Source of the DNA: Spizellomyces punctatus DAOM BR117
Lineage: Eukaryota
Assembly (NCBI GenBank): GCA_000182565.2
Contig: KQ257459.1
Strand: one strand, 5' to 3'
DNA: 64,000 nt
The notes beneath the pieces were generated by a model. It did not search any database, had not been told where the DNA came from, and was given only the letters and a program-made list of their open reading frames with translations. Position numbers and translations under genes: made by a program. Shown in pieces: positions 30,305 to 42,672 of the stretch. The number at the start of each line of letters is the position of its first letter. Position 1 is the first letter of the stretch.

Positions 30305-31293
30305 CTATCGTTCTACGAGCACCCCGCCTACCCATTCCCCACTCCCAAACTCCATCTCACACGGCAACGACTCAAAGATGCCCACATCATGTGCCAAAAT
30401 CTCCTTTTGGTCCTTGGCAAACCTGCAAAAGAAAGGAGACTTTAACAACTGCATAAATGGATCCAAAATTTGCACAGAAATATAAACCTGAACCTCCCGC
30501 AAAACTTTTTATTCCCAACAAATACGGGCCACCAAATCTGATCGTCCGGCCACATTATGTGAAACGGAATCTTGTCAAGGGAAAACCATTCTGGTCGCAT
30601 TTCCTCGGTCCTTTATTTTGTTTAGCCGTTAAAAAAGGCATATTCACAATTGGGCTGGAATGGAAGACATACTCGGAGACGACACCCTCAAAGGTCTCCC
30701 CTCGATACACATGGACCTCCAATCCGGTCGGGTCACCCTCAAAATGGAACCACTATAAAGCATCATGCTCAGTTAAAAGAAAGTAATCGACACTAGCACG
30801 AGAGAAATCAAGTTTAATCGCAAGAACCTACCAACATCCCCGCTCGCTCCAGGTGGGATACACGTATCCCTGCTTCTTCCTACGACAATTCCACAATATG
30901 AGGACCAGAACATACGGCAATAGAAAGACGGTACGGTATGGAACCTCAAGTTCTCTGACAGCACCCTCGAGTATCGTTTCTCCTTTTTCAACCTTGCCTC
31001 CAAACCTATTTCCAAATCGCCGAAACCCAATGCAAAACGTTGACATCAACATGTCAAGATACGACAAAGAAGAGCCTTGTTCGACAGTACCCATTCCAAT
31101 ACCCAGCCCCAAACCCCCGTTTCTTCATCCCCAATAAAACTCGTCTCTACATTCACAAATAGTTTAGTTTCAGTCTATCAAGCGTTTTTTCCAAACCAGC
31201 ATTCGTCATTTGATACCATACCTCGCCATCGAAATCGCCAAATACAAACACTAACGTCAAGACCTTTTTAGAGGTTATGGGAGAGGTTTCCAT
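30305..31293 (-). CDS. NUDT1: Nudix hydrolase, 8-oxo-dGTPase (MTH1-like)
   Basis: Spliced KKVLTLVFV...[42 protein letters not shown] (Nudix box), EMRPEWF...[10 protein letters not shown]. Confidence 0.88.
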
Positions 31294-34085
31294 GGCCAGC
31301 ATTGCTACAAGAATGTTTTGAAAAAGTCTCGAAAACCGTGTACCTCAAGCGCGCGTTTTGTCCGACATCTCGGCCAAAATTGGGAGAATGTCACCCCAAA
31401 AGCACTTCACACCAAGGATGTCATGCCGTGCCCACCGTAGATACCAACAAGATCAAGCTTCTTTCAAAATACGACTTGCAATCTTGCGGGGTTCTCGACA
31501 ATGTCTTCAAGGTTTAATTATATGTTGGTTCTTTATGTGATATCATTTGTCCAGCACCTTGACGGTTGCCGGAAGCCTTCATAAATATGAATTAGAAAGG
31601 TTACCTACACTTCCTGTTACTCTTTTACACATTCTGTATCCGCAGTATTCTCCAGCACACAGTTTATTAGATGTCGGAACTCTTCCATGTACAGGCCGCG
31701 ATTTACAAGTGCTTCTCCTGACGATATCCCGACTTTATTCAAGTAGTTACAAAAGAAAAAGGGATATGGTATAAAACAAGATACTCTTAGTTCACCGGCA
31801 GAAATAACTACCACTATGGATTCAATATAGCTAGTCCAAAACAAAATCCTGTAATAAAGTAGGTCTATTATCAATCCTATCATCCCGCAGATCATCAGAC
31901 TAAATATGCCGTGTTAAATACGAGTCATTACACTGTTACCCTCATGGAACATACAAATGCTACCTCAAGCGAAAAGTGAGGGCCTCGGTATTTTCGTGAA
32001 GAAAAAGGATCAAGGCACCCATTAGTTTGCCAGCTTCGAATCGCCACTCTTCTCCGAAAAGCTCACATACTACATGGTAACGAATCGCAATATTGAATCC
32101 TGATAATAAGGCAAACCTAAAATATATCTTTCACCGTTTGACGGCAAATGTCCATTAAACCGCTCGTCCGAAAGACGTTATCCTCGATGATGGGTGTCGA
32201 GATTCGTGCTACCTATCTTTGACATGCATAAGATACCATTTGTGCCGCAAAGCATTACTCAACTGATATCCGAGCCCTACTATTTGGACATCGTTCGATG
32301 GGATACTCATCCCGATACCCAAGATACTAATCCTCAAGATTCTCGTTGATCTCAATGAATCCGGATAATCAAAATTCGGGGCCCCCTCCATTGCCATCCA
32401 TAGCACCCGGTTGAAACTAAAAAGATGGGTAATCCGCAGCGACACAACTAAGCGGTTTTGGCCATGGCATAGAGGAGGTTACGACGACCAGTAGGCGAAA
32501 ATCCAAAGATAAATCAAGCTGAAGTCTAGTCCCATATTAAAAGGTCAGGTATTAAAATATGGTATGTAGTACGGCATTTACAATGGAGTTACCCAGGTAT
32601 AGCGACAATGTACATGATGATTGGTAACATTGCTGTGTTGACCAGCAGTCCCGCTGCTACTTTGTGTAGATTCCTTTTATTTCTGGTTTTAAAGAAAAAG
32701 GTCCTGAAAAGCGCTACATTTGAGTAATACTGATAATTGCTCAAAAAAGTCTTGTGAAAAAGTCCGCCTTTGAAAGAAGATTTCCACTTTTGAAGATTCC
32801 AGAGCTGATCATTTGCGACGTGGCCAAACAGCTGCAACATCTCATAGATTTACCTACCAACATTCTGTGGAGATACAGAATAGGCAGGGCATCGAAATAA
32901 AGGTTGAAAAACAAAAATGCATAATGACATCTAAGGTTTTGAAATGGATAATCAACAACAACGTTTCCTCTGTCTATTAGTTACTTTTCAGCGGTAAGAT
33001 GCAAAGAACATGTAGAGCTCTCAGAGACTACATAACCACCCCTTCGAACTCCTATAGACCACACCCTGTGTTTTCCTTTAGAAAGCTAATTGAAAGATAC
33101 ACTGAAAAGGTGGGGTATCACTGCCAATATAAATCCCAGATTCGTTTGAAAGATTCAAGCTTCCAAAACGTATTTGACTTTGATATGAAGCGTTGTAGAG
33201 GTTGCATATTCTTATAAGGAGCGACCACTAAAATCCACCTCTTTTAAAACAATAAGAGTGCAAGCTCACTAATCCCAGCACCATGTTGCTGGTCCAATAT
33301 ACGGATAGGGGCTATACCGCTTGGCATTCAAGAACGACAAACCCTATCACGAAGCATTTTTATCCCTGTTTTTTACAACGATCAATGAAATGCCGTACAA
33401 CCTGCTTTCAAGAAACTTTGTTGCCGAAACTTGTCATTGGGAGAGTTCAAGCCCAGTAGCCGCTAGACCATCAAGCGAGGGGTCATCTGGTGGTAGGTTT
33501 TGTCCGATGGGGCAGGAAGGATGATGGTCAAGGACCCAGCTGGTAACGAGCCCAAAGACGCCAAAAATTGGGTAGGATATTATAAAGTTTCCATTTATCT
33601 ACATCGCCAGGAAACGTAAACGGAAATCCACAAAAACTGTATTGCTCATCAACAGTTCATGAGATGGCGGAAACGTAAAAGTTCAAAGGAAAATCATAAA
33701 GGAATGCTGAAAACGATCCATTTCTCCACCCATCAAACCACACCTAATCAAGCAGACAACACAAGTTCTACCCCCAAACAAGTCTTCTACCCAGTTTCAG
33801 TTAAAACAAAAACAAAAAAAAATGCGTGGAAAAAAAAAACAGAAAAGTATCAATCCCATCCCACCAAAGAACGTCCTCGCTAATCAACGAACCCCTCAAA
33901 TCCCCCAAAAGAAAAAACAGAAAAATGTCGCCATGTCTCGATCTAAAGGATAGAACATGCAAGGGTATAACAGATGTTTGCTTGAACTAACCGAAACCAA
34001 ATGCTTCCCGCCCTAACATATACGCAAAAACAAAGATATCAGCCCAAACTCCTACCGACATCCCGCTCGTCGACGTAAACTCACC

Positions 34086-36512
34086 TTATTCTTCATCAGC
34101 CTCATCCTCCGGTTTGACCTCTTGTGAATGTTGTCTCGCTTCCGGTTCGCCCTCAGGTTCCCCTGAAGATGGTTGAGATCCACTCATCCCCGCAATGCTG
34201 GCAATTTCGACCAAAGCACTCGCCGCCTCGCTCAAAGAATTTTGCATTTCTGCTGAGGCTTCGACGGTCTCTGGGGCCGGGGCAGGTGTGGGTATGAAGA
34301 GTGCCATCATGTTGTGCATATGGTCGGGTGACCTGAAAACAGAACATAAATATGAGTTGCGACTTATCAATATTTCATGACACAATTTTTGCTACGCACC
34401 AACTGTTGATTCCAGGCACCAATCCAACAGAGCGAAACACTGTACAGAAATCTTTGATATTAGGTCCCAAATAGAACATGACAAAACTCTCGTATGGCTG
34501 CGGCAAAGGCGGAGGTGGAGGAGACACCGCTAATGTCGAATGTTTAATTGCCTCCTTCTGATCCCGATCGGTGGATTGATCATGTTCACCATCCGCATGT
34601 TGGGGAGGAGGATGAGGGGCGGGTACATGCGTCATGGGCGGATTGTTATGTCGCAAAATACAGTAAGGATGCTGCAGAATGGGGGTAAACCAATCCGCTC
34701 CAAACTCTGCTTTCAGCAGAAAAAGTCCTTCGACGAACTCTTTATTTGCAAATTTGGTGAAAATGATTTGCAAAAGCCGCTCCAATCCGCCCTCAAACGA
34801 GGCGTGGTGTGAAGTCGGGCTGCCGTAAATCTGTGTTGTCGAGAACGGTCGAATGCCAGAGAGGTTACACCACAGTCGACCAAACCATGACTGCTGTTCG
34901 GCCGCCTTAAAGTCCCGCACTGTTTGCATAACCATATCAAATTGCTGCCCAAGGACCACGTTCTTGCTCAGCTCGAAAATGAAACCATCATTGAAAGGCA
35001 GTCGCGGTCGCGAATTTTCATCCGATAGATCGCCATCGGACAAGTTACTGGTCGTTGCACTGGGCAAAGGTGGTGGAACCGTCACCGGGATAGGAATGGA
35101 TATGGGTGCATTTGGTGGCGGTGGTTGAGTAATTGGCGGGAAATGCATCTCCTGAGATCCATCAGGTTCGGTGCGCCTTCGTTGTGTACATTCTGGTTCA
35201 CCATCTTCGTCGCGGGCATGTTTGCCCGGCTTGGCTGCGTGCACACCATGATGCCCATTAACATGCCCAGGCGTCGAAACAGAACTTCGTCGCCGACTGC
35301 CACTTCCTCCACTGGCTTCCTGGACTCCATTGGCCGACTTGCCATGACCTCCTCGTCCATCTTGTGCCGAACTAGAGCCTTGGGAGAACGTAACCGTACT
35401 GTATGGCGATCCCGAGCCTTCGTTCGCCTTTTCCTGCTCCGCAGCAGATATGCGAGCTTTGGGAACTTTAAGATTATGCTTTTCCAAATACATTTCCAGA
35501 AATGCTGTAGTTATAACGCCATTAGGAGCCTGCCTGCAAACATCCATCCAAGTCTCCACCAATTTCTTTTGTGGGACTTTGGACAGCAGCTGACAATGTG
35601 ACTGATACATGGGGGGCCGATATTCCTTTGACAGCTTTGAAGCAATGTCAGAATAGATCCGGTACGATATTATGTACTCATACGTGGTCGATTTGGAAAA
35701 TCCCAAGTGGGCCTTTGTCCATTCCAAAAATTCCTTTTGGGTTTTCATCAGCTTATCTTCATAATAAAGCTTGTGAAGGGTCTGGCCAATGACCACAAAA
35801 GACGATACATTTTTAGTCTCGTTGAGGATACGCAATTTGTGCTCATCAAGGGCCGCCGCGTCTCCATCGCCCATATTCGGAGGCTTCTGCCACGGTATTA
35901 GCTTGATTTCACTCTTTTTCTTCCCGGACTTTCGTGAGCTTTGTTTGCGTTCGGTATTCGCCGACCGCCGGCTTGCTTCCCGCTCCGGAGAGGGTAAAGC
36001 TCGCTCGAGATGGTCGTGAGAGTCCGTTGCCTGATATTCCTGAATGGTGGGAGATGAAGGGGCGGGTGAAGGGGGTCCTGTTGATGGAAAAAAAAGTTTA
36101 ATCACCGCCATATCAATTCTTGCTACAATCATGATTCAAACCTCGTTTGTTTGCCTTGGCTCTGGTGTCAGTGGGAAGCGGTCGAGGCTTCCGAGGTGTC
36201 TGAAAGCTTTGTTGTCCTATAGACCGTGAGTGCCGAACGCGATCAGGTGTAGGCGGCAAGCGAACTGGACTGAGCTTGTGCAGAGCGTCAAGCAATTCTT
36301 CAGGGTCCGACCGGCAAAGAGGCAAATGAACGCCCTCCGAGTCGACTGAATCAAAACCAGAAGCGTGCCAACCGTCCGTCTCTTGTGCACTCGTCCAAGG
36401 ATCGCTTAAAGTTGGTTGTTGATGAAGCGCAAGAAGAGTCTGCGCGGCGTCGGAAGGCAGGAGGTAGTCTTGCTTGGCTGGAATTTTGACGGAACTGTAG
36501 ACCTTGAAACGG
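34086..36512 (-). CDS. DUF3102-like helical/HTH domain plus phage Dam-type N6-adenine methyltransferase-like domain (probably inactive); true start not located
   Basis: Exons about 36512-36142, 36077-34400 and 34332-34086 joined in frame by GT-AG introns; domain motifs are given in the findings. Confidence 0.75.
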
Positions 36513-37161
36513 CTGCAAGGGCCGTTAAGGTGGGAGGGCAGAACAATGTGTTCACAATAAACAGTCCTCTCTCAAATTTTGTTAACCCGTTTACTGAATG
36601 GGTCCTAGAATATAATGGTAAACCAAGTATATTCAAGGCGTTGTTTTTCCCGACCTGTCGAAAGAAACATGAGAGAATCAGCCAGTGCCGAAGAAAGGGA
36701 CGATGCTCAAGCAACAAACGGCCACCAGACTGTGAGGGACTTTAGCAGCAACACCAAGTCCATTCCCTAAGGGCATACACGACACATTGTTATTGGAGAC
36801 AAACGTCGGAGCACCTTGTCTACCAACATAGACCAAACAATCGTATGGATAGCCCCTATCGACACGACCCGGAGACTCACCTACCTTCTTCACACCGTCA
36901 TGCACAAGACCAAGAAACGACTCGATGCGCACGAGATGGGAACCAAAGGCCGTATGGGAAGAGTAAGGTAGAATAAATGCCTTCAAAGCCCGACCGTCTT
37001 GTCTGGACTCAGTTCGTCCGAATGGCGGCCCCTTTCGGACGAGGACCCAAAAAACTGTTCGCACGCGTCTTTTTTTTGTTTGCTTTTGGGGAGCAGCACA
37101 AGGAGAAAGCCACGGACTGCAAAGGAACTTTCACCAACAAATGGTTTGCAAAAAGGAATGG

Positions 37162-37182
37162 AGACGACGACGACGACGACGA
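37162..37182. repeat. (GAC)n microsatellite; a second imperfect copy lies near 37405-37426
   Basis: gacgacgacgacgacgacga seen directly. Confidence 0.8.
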
Positions 37183-37935
37183 GAAAGAGTAACTCGTTAC
37201 GTATCAAAAGCAAAGTTCAAAAGGTAGAAAATAGAAACCAAAAGTCGCGCTGGTTGGGGAATCCGAAACTCGGGAATTTTGTTTGGTTTCCGCCTCCCAG
37301 TTCGCTTCCTATTCAAAAAGCAACGCAAGCGTCCTTTTATTCTCATTCATAAACACATCTGCACTTGAGTGTTCTCGCCAGCAGTTTAATACCCCAACAC
37401 AGCACGACAACGACGACGACGACGATGGCCAATAAATGCAACTTTTTAGCTTTCTTCTATGTCTGGCCGATTCGGACAAAACGCTTTTCAATCTCGTGTC
37501 ACCTTTGGAGCAGTTTCACGTGACTGATGGTCATGGCTTGAAATGCCCATATTTGGCACGATCAGTTTGTGGCTTGTTGCCTTAGGCTTGCTACAAGGGC
37601 GATGAGAGCAAGGAAAGGAGGATGGACCCCAACGAGTCTAACGGCCATGACGGCGATCCGGTGAAGAGATTGCTATTCCCGGGCGTCAAATAGCAGGTAG
37701 TGGTCCAGAAGATGCATAGCATCCACCTGTAAGCGTTGCCAGCAGTATTATTCTTCTTGATTTCTAGAATGTTAAATCTATCATCGGTCGTATATCATAT
37801 ATTATAGTGTAATTAGTTCAATTTATACAAGTCAACTGCATCGGATTCTGCTTTATCAAAGTCGAATCCGCACCAGATATATACATTCGTCACTTTTCCG
37901 CACTCCATCTCCAGCGGCGATAGTAATCAATTCGT

Positions 37936-38357
37936 TCACTTTGACGCCATCTTGTATCCAGATGTATCAAGGATCTGTGTTCCGCACATTGCACATATTC
38001 CTGTCGTAGTAGTTACATTTTATTCCAAACTATCGATGCCAGCACCTTGCGACCACAGTGATCTCACCATTTTTGTATGCACACCCTTGACAATAATGAC
38101 TTCCCGACTGATGAACTCGACTCTTGCAAATCCGACACTTGGTCTCATAAGGCATGAATTTGTTCTTCTTGGAAGATAAGAGCTTGTTTTCATTCACTTT
38201 GCGGCCTTCAGTGCCTGCTGTTGAATTACGAGATCCCTCTTTCCATTTGTCAGGAGCCGCTAGGGTTGCAAGTTTCTTCTCGCCTGTGATGCAAAGAGTG
38301 TTAGATGGGACAGGACTGAGAATATCGAGCCTATTACATACACTTTTTGCAAACCAT
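37936..38357 (-). CDS. CRIPT: Cysteine-rich PDZ-binding protein (CRIPT family)
   Basis: Three exons give MVCKKCEKKL...PDKWKEG...RKVNENKLLS...CRICKSRVHQSGSHYCQGCAYKNGICAMCG. Confidence 0.93.
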
Positions 38358-38547
38358 TTGGCCTCAATGTGCAATCTGGAGCGTCTTGGCGAGTGGCAAA
38401 GAATCTCAGCATGACAAACGAGGCGCTTACCAACACGTTCAGCCGACTTCGGCGCACGTGACTCGATGACGGCTTTTCAAAGCAACTCGGGAGAACCAGC
38501 CTTGGGACATTACGTCCTTGCATGTCCTTGTCAGCAACGTTAACACG

Positions 38548-39318
38548 ATGCCCGATGTTCACGTTCACGATATGACCCTCCCTGCAGCAACCATAACCGA
38601 CCTCATCTCACAAGTAACATCCCAAATCGCTTCTATCCGAGACGGCCCGAGCATGGACCTCGGCCCAACCGATCTCGTGGAGCAAGCTGGGAGGGCAGCA
38701 CGTCATGCTCGTTACGTTCCAGGTGCGGATATACCATTGTTGCTGGGAGGACGCCGTCCTGTGCGGTCGTCATGGGATGTAGAGGATGATGACGAGGAGG
38801 AAGAGGACAAACCCGACGTGGAAGACGAAGGAGAGGGGGGGAGAGGGCATCCAGGGGCGAACGAGGCATTAGAACGATGGCTCGTTGATTCCACTTTGAT
38901 TGAGCTTGTTACATCCGCCCATCCTCCACCCCTCTTGTTTGATCTTCCCCCCTTTGACTCGACGGCTCGACTGCGACGCCGGTTACGGCGAACTGATCCT
39001 TCAGAGCGGAGCCGGCAAAGCCGATGGCGACGGCGACGGGACCGAGTCCGTGCATTGCGAGGCCTGGATGAGTCTGACCCAGCTGCAGTGGTGCAGAGCA
39101 TGGTGGACGAGATCGAGAAGGCCTTGGCGGAACGATTGGATCCGAATGGGGTACCAAAAGAGGATCCACCTTGCAAGGCCCCGGATTGGGCGCTTTGTTG
39201 GGAGTTGTTGGGCAGATTGGATCGAGTGATTGTTTCGAGGGATGGAGAAAGACCGGACAAGGGGTGCTATGGGGAGGGGTATAGAGCAATATTGGTTGAT
39301 GGGGACGCATGCAGGTAG
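38548..39318 (+). CDS. Hypothetical protein with an acidic tract and an Arg-rich segment; boundaries uncertain
   Basis: About 256-codon open frame divergent from CRIPT; no recognisable domain. Confidence 0.6.
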   Translation: MPDVHVHDMTLPAATITDLISQVTSQIASIRDGPSMDLGPTDLVEQAGRAARHARYVPGADIPLLLGGRRPVRSSWDVEDDDEEEEDKPDVEDEGEGGRGHPGANEALERWLVDSTLIELVTSAHPPPLLFDLPPFDSTARLRRRLRRTDPSERSRQSRWRRRRDRVRALRGLDESDPAAVVQSMVDEIEKALAERLDPNGVPKEDPPCKAPDWALCWELLGRLDRVIVSRDGERPDKGCYGEGYRAILVDGDACR

Positions 39319-39515
39319 AAGAATCACGGGCTGTATTGATGAGGCACACAACGCTTAACTTGAGCAGGAGGTGTTTTATTCTACTTAAAACTATGCCGTC
39401 TAAGAAATCTACGAAAAGGAAACAGGATGAAGCCCTTCTTGGCATATCAAATCATAATAGAGGAAGAGTTCCCGTTCACGGCCATTATCTACAGTGGGAA
39501 ATCCCACGCAAACTA

Positions 39516-40387
39516 CTAGTAAACTCGGTGTTTACCTGTCGTTCTGCCAGCACTGCCGCTAATCGACGCCGGGTCTACACGTTCCCTCTTGGGACTGGCT
39601 TTAGTGTCTACGGCCACACCACCAGCAAATTCGGCCAATGAAAGTGTGCTATTACCACCTCCAGGTGGGGCAAGGTTTCTTCTGCCCGGCTTATGTTTTC
39701 TTGGGCTGAACTCTGGCTGTGGAGGATCATCGTCCCCAAAGGTAATGGAGCTTTGGAAATGCTTTCCAGGAGATGAGACTCGGAGGGAGGCGGGTTTGGA
39801 GCGCGGAGACTCCGTTGGTGATTGTGGGCGTGTTGGCGGAGGCGACGGTGTCTGCGAACCCAGAGCGACAGAGCTTCTGTGTCCTGGATCACCTAGTTGA
39901 CGTTTCGCTGGGCGACGGATCCGTTCGTCTTCCCCTAATGGGACAATGCTCCCTGAAGGCCTAGAGGTGGAGGGAGCCGTGGGCGGAGACGGCTTTGCAT
40001 CCTTTTCCTTGGTTTGTAGGATAGATCCCATGGTACTCTTTCCACCCGGAGATCTCCCACTTTTCTTTGAGATTGACAACTTGTCGATTCCATCTGACAC
40101 GTCCTGCGTGTCATTTCCAAATACTGTGCTTTTATTCTTCCTCCCCTGCCACGGTTCCGTCGCTGTCTTTGGAGGTGTTGCAGGTCGGGACGGCGGTGGC
40201 GTTCGAGCTTCCGCCGCAGCCGCTTGGCTTGTGGATCGCCATGGAACTGAAGTCGTATCGTCACCAAAGACGATGCTAGTGTGTCCACCAGGAGGAGGTC
40301 GACGGGGCTAGTTGGGTATATAGTCAACAACTTCTGGTTTCATGTTTATTTGCAAGCTCAAAAAACGTGGATTCGCTCCCTTACCAT
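39516..40387 (-). CDS. Disordered protein with PGG-xS/T-(I/V/L)-x-FG repeats (Jupiter/HN1/SPIRAL1-like)
   Basis: ATG 40387-40385 directly followed by intron 40384-40308; exon 40307-39516 begins PRRPPPGGHTSIVFGDD. Confidence 0.75.
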
Positions 40388-40674
40388 TCTCGGTTTCCTT
40401 TCGGTCTTCCTCTCGTTCTCGTTTTTACGTATCGATTCCTTTACTCTCAACCGTGTCGACGGACAGACGCTTTGTCGATGGGTCAAGAGAAGATGATAGA
40501 TGTCGTTTCCACTTTCTTGCTGCTCGCAGGGTTGAGCCGCTTTCTTGCCCTCCATTCCTCCCTTTGCCCGAAACGCGTGGCTTAGCATTTTGATGAGTCA
40601 TCTGAGCTCTGTCCCATCGCGTTACAAGCAAAACGTCCTTCTGACCGCGCGTTTGTGGTGAACAATGACTGGCG

Positions 40675-42103
40675 TAAAGGTGGGCTTCCAAGGCCAGAAA
40701 GGCGCATATTCGGAGGGTGCTCTGGTGGAGTTGTTTGGATCTCAGGCACGTTGGGCGGGCAATGCCGTCGAGCCGGTTGGGTTCGAAACGTTTGCCGAGG
40801 TTTGTCGAGTTTGAGTTCAAGATGCTGGAAAAGGCACGGGTTGAAAGGTCTTTTGAAAAACAAGGTTTTCGATGCAATTCAGAACCAGTCTGTGCAGTAT
40901 GGTCTTATTCCCATTGAGAATTCCTCTACGGGAACCTTTCAGTACGTATTGACACGTCATGAATGGTTTCATAAACAGTTCAGTCCGCTCATCCCAGCAG
41001 TTTTACATACGATCTCCTCCTCCGACACTCCTTGTACATTGTAGGAGAATACCAGTACCACGAAAAGCACTGGTAACACGTCCACTACAGAGCATGCAGC
41101 GGTTTGTTCCAAAAACTTACAACAATACAAGTCTTGTAGCACTTCCCGAAGTCAAATTGGAAGATATCACTCAAATCAAATCCCACCCATACGTTATTGA
41201 CCAGTGCCGCAAGTTCCTTGCGAACCTGGATAAACGAATTGCGATTACTCAAGCACAAGATACTGCCTCCAGTGCTGCTAGTATCGAAAGGGAGAAGCTC
41301 ACAACAACGTAGGCAAACTTTTCTGATTACAAGATTTATCCGATAGATCCCACTTAACCCATGCATGCAGAGCAGCTATTGCCGGTGCCCGAGCTGCAAA
41401 TATCTACAATCTCAATATACTCAAAGAAGGCATCGAAGACGATGAGAACACCGTCACCCGCTATGTGCTCATATCCCGTACGCCGATTCAACCGGAACGG
41501 CACCAGGACCCACGAACGAGCATATCGCTATGGCTGAAGAATCAGGTTGGGATGTTCCATAAAGCCATTTCAGCATTTGCGCTGAGGGACATCAAGTGAG
41601 TGTTCACGGTTTGATGTACTTGCCGCGTGAAAGATGATGTTACTGACATCTTATCTTATCGCGGAATGCAGCATCTCAAAGATCGAGTCACGGCCGTCCA
41701 CGAGGTCAATCCAGCTGTCAAAGCCGTGGGAATATGTCCTGGTACGTAGTCATGATATTTTCTGGAAGATCCTTGTCTGTATCCACTCATACTTGATTGT
41801 GTCCCAGTATATTGATGTTGACGGTAGTTCGTTGGATGCACCCCTGGCAAACGCCATAAAGAACCTGGAGGAATTTGCTTCGCATGTGCGCGTCCTCGGT
41901 ACGTTCCTTGAGTCACTGTTCATTTATTCGTACAGAAATGAAAAGGTGGTAATATTTGGCCCTTTTGGCTGTACATATAGGATCGTACCCTCGATATCAG
42001 CCCCCTGCACAGGTAACTACGTGTTTCTTTTGGTATTTAATGAAACATTTACTGATTGCATTTACTGAAGCGGCCCACGGGTGTGTTTGGGATTGGAATG
42101 TGA
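40675..42103 (+). CDS. PHA2: Prephenate dehydratase
   Basis: VGFQGQKGAYSE, IPIENSSTG, SHPYVIDQC, IEDDENTVTRY, ISKIESRPS, WEYV.YID (PDT plus ACT domain); many introns. Confidence 0.93.
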
Positions 42104-42672
42104 GCGGCTGCATGTCGTATTTTCGTTGTACATTTTGGACCAAGTTCATCGCTTGGATGATAATAATTGTACTGCCCACGGTCAATTATATTTGATATAA
42201 GATGTGCCTCAAATTCATTTCTGGGATATCCAACAATCATGTTTTCTTTTTCCCTGCCTTTCTCATTGGCGGACCCATAATATGCCGAGCACAAGTTGGT
42301 CATTCATGTAACGAAAGGACTTATTATCCGGCACCTAGTAGACGTTGCTCGTGAGGTGTTTGCCCCAGGATGGATCGACAATCTATTGTCGTTGAGAAAA
42401 GAAGTTTCTAGTGATACGCATTGAGTAAAGCATCCCCTAAGACATGGGATTCACCAGCGCTCATGTTCGTAAAGCAATAGGTTCCGTTGAAAGGCATCCG
42501 CGCAACCATCGTTGAAATACAGTAACAAAGATGCGCTGGTCGGACGATCGAATTTGCTGATGACTAATAAATGGGCCACGTGACTGTAGGTTCCGCTCTT
42601 GTCGCTCGCACTGCCATAGCCCCCATCTTGCACTGAGATCCCCATCCAAATCCGGCTGAAAGAGTAACCAGC

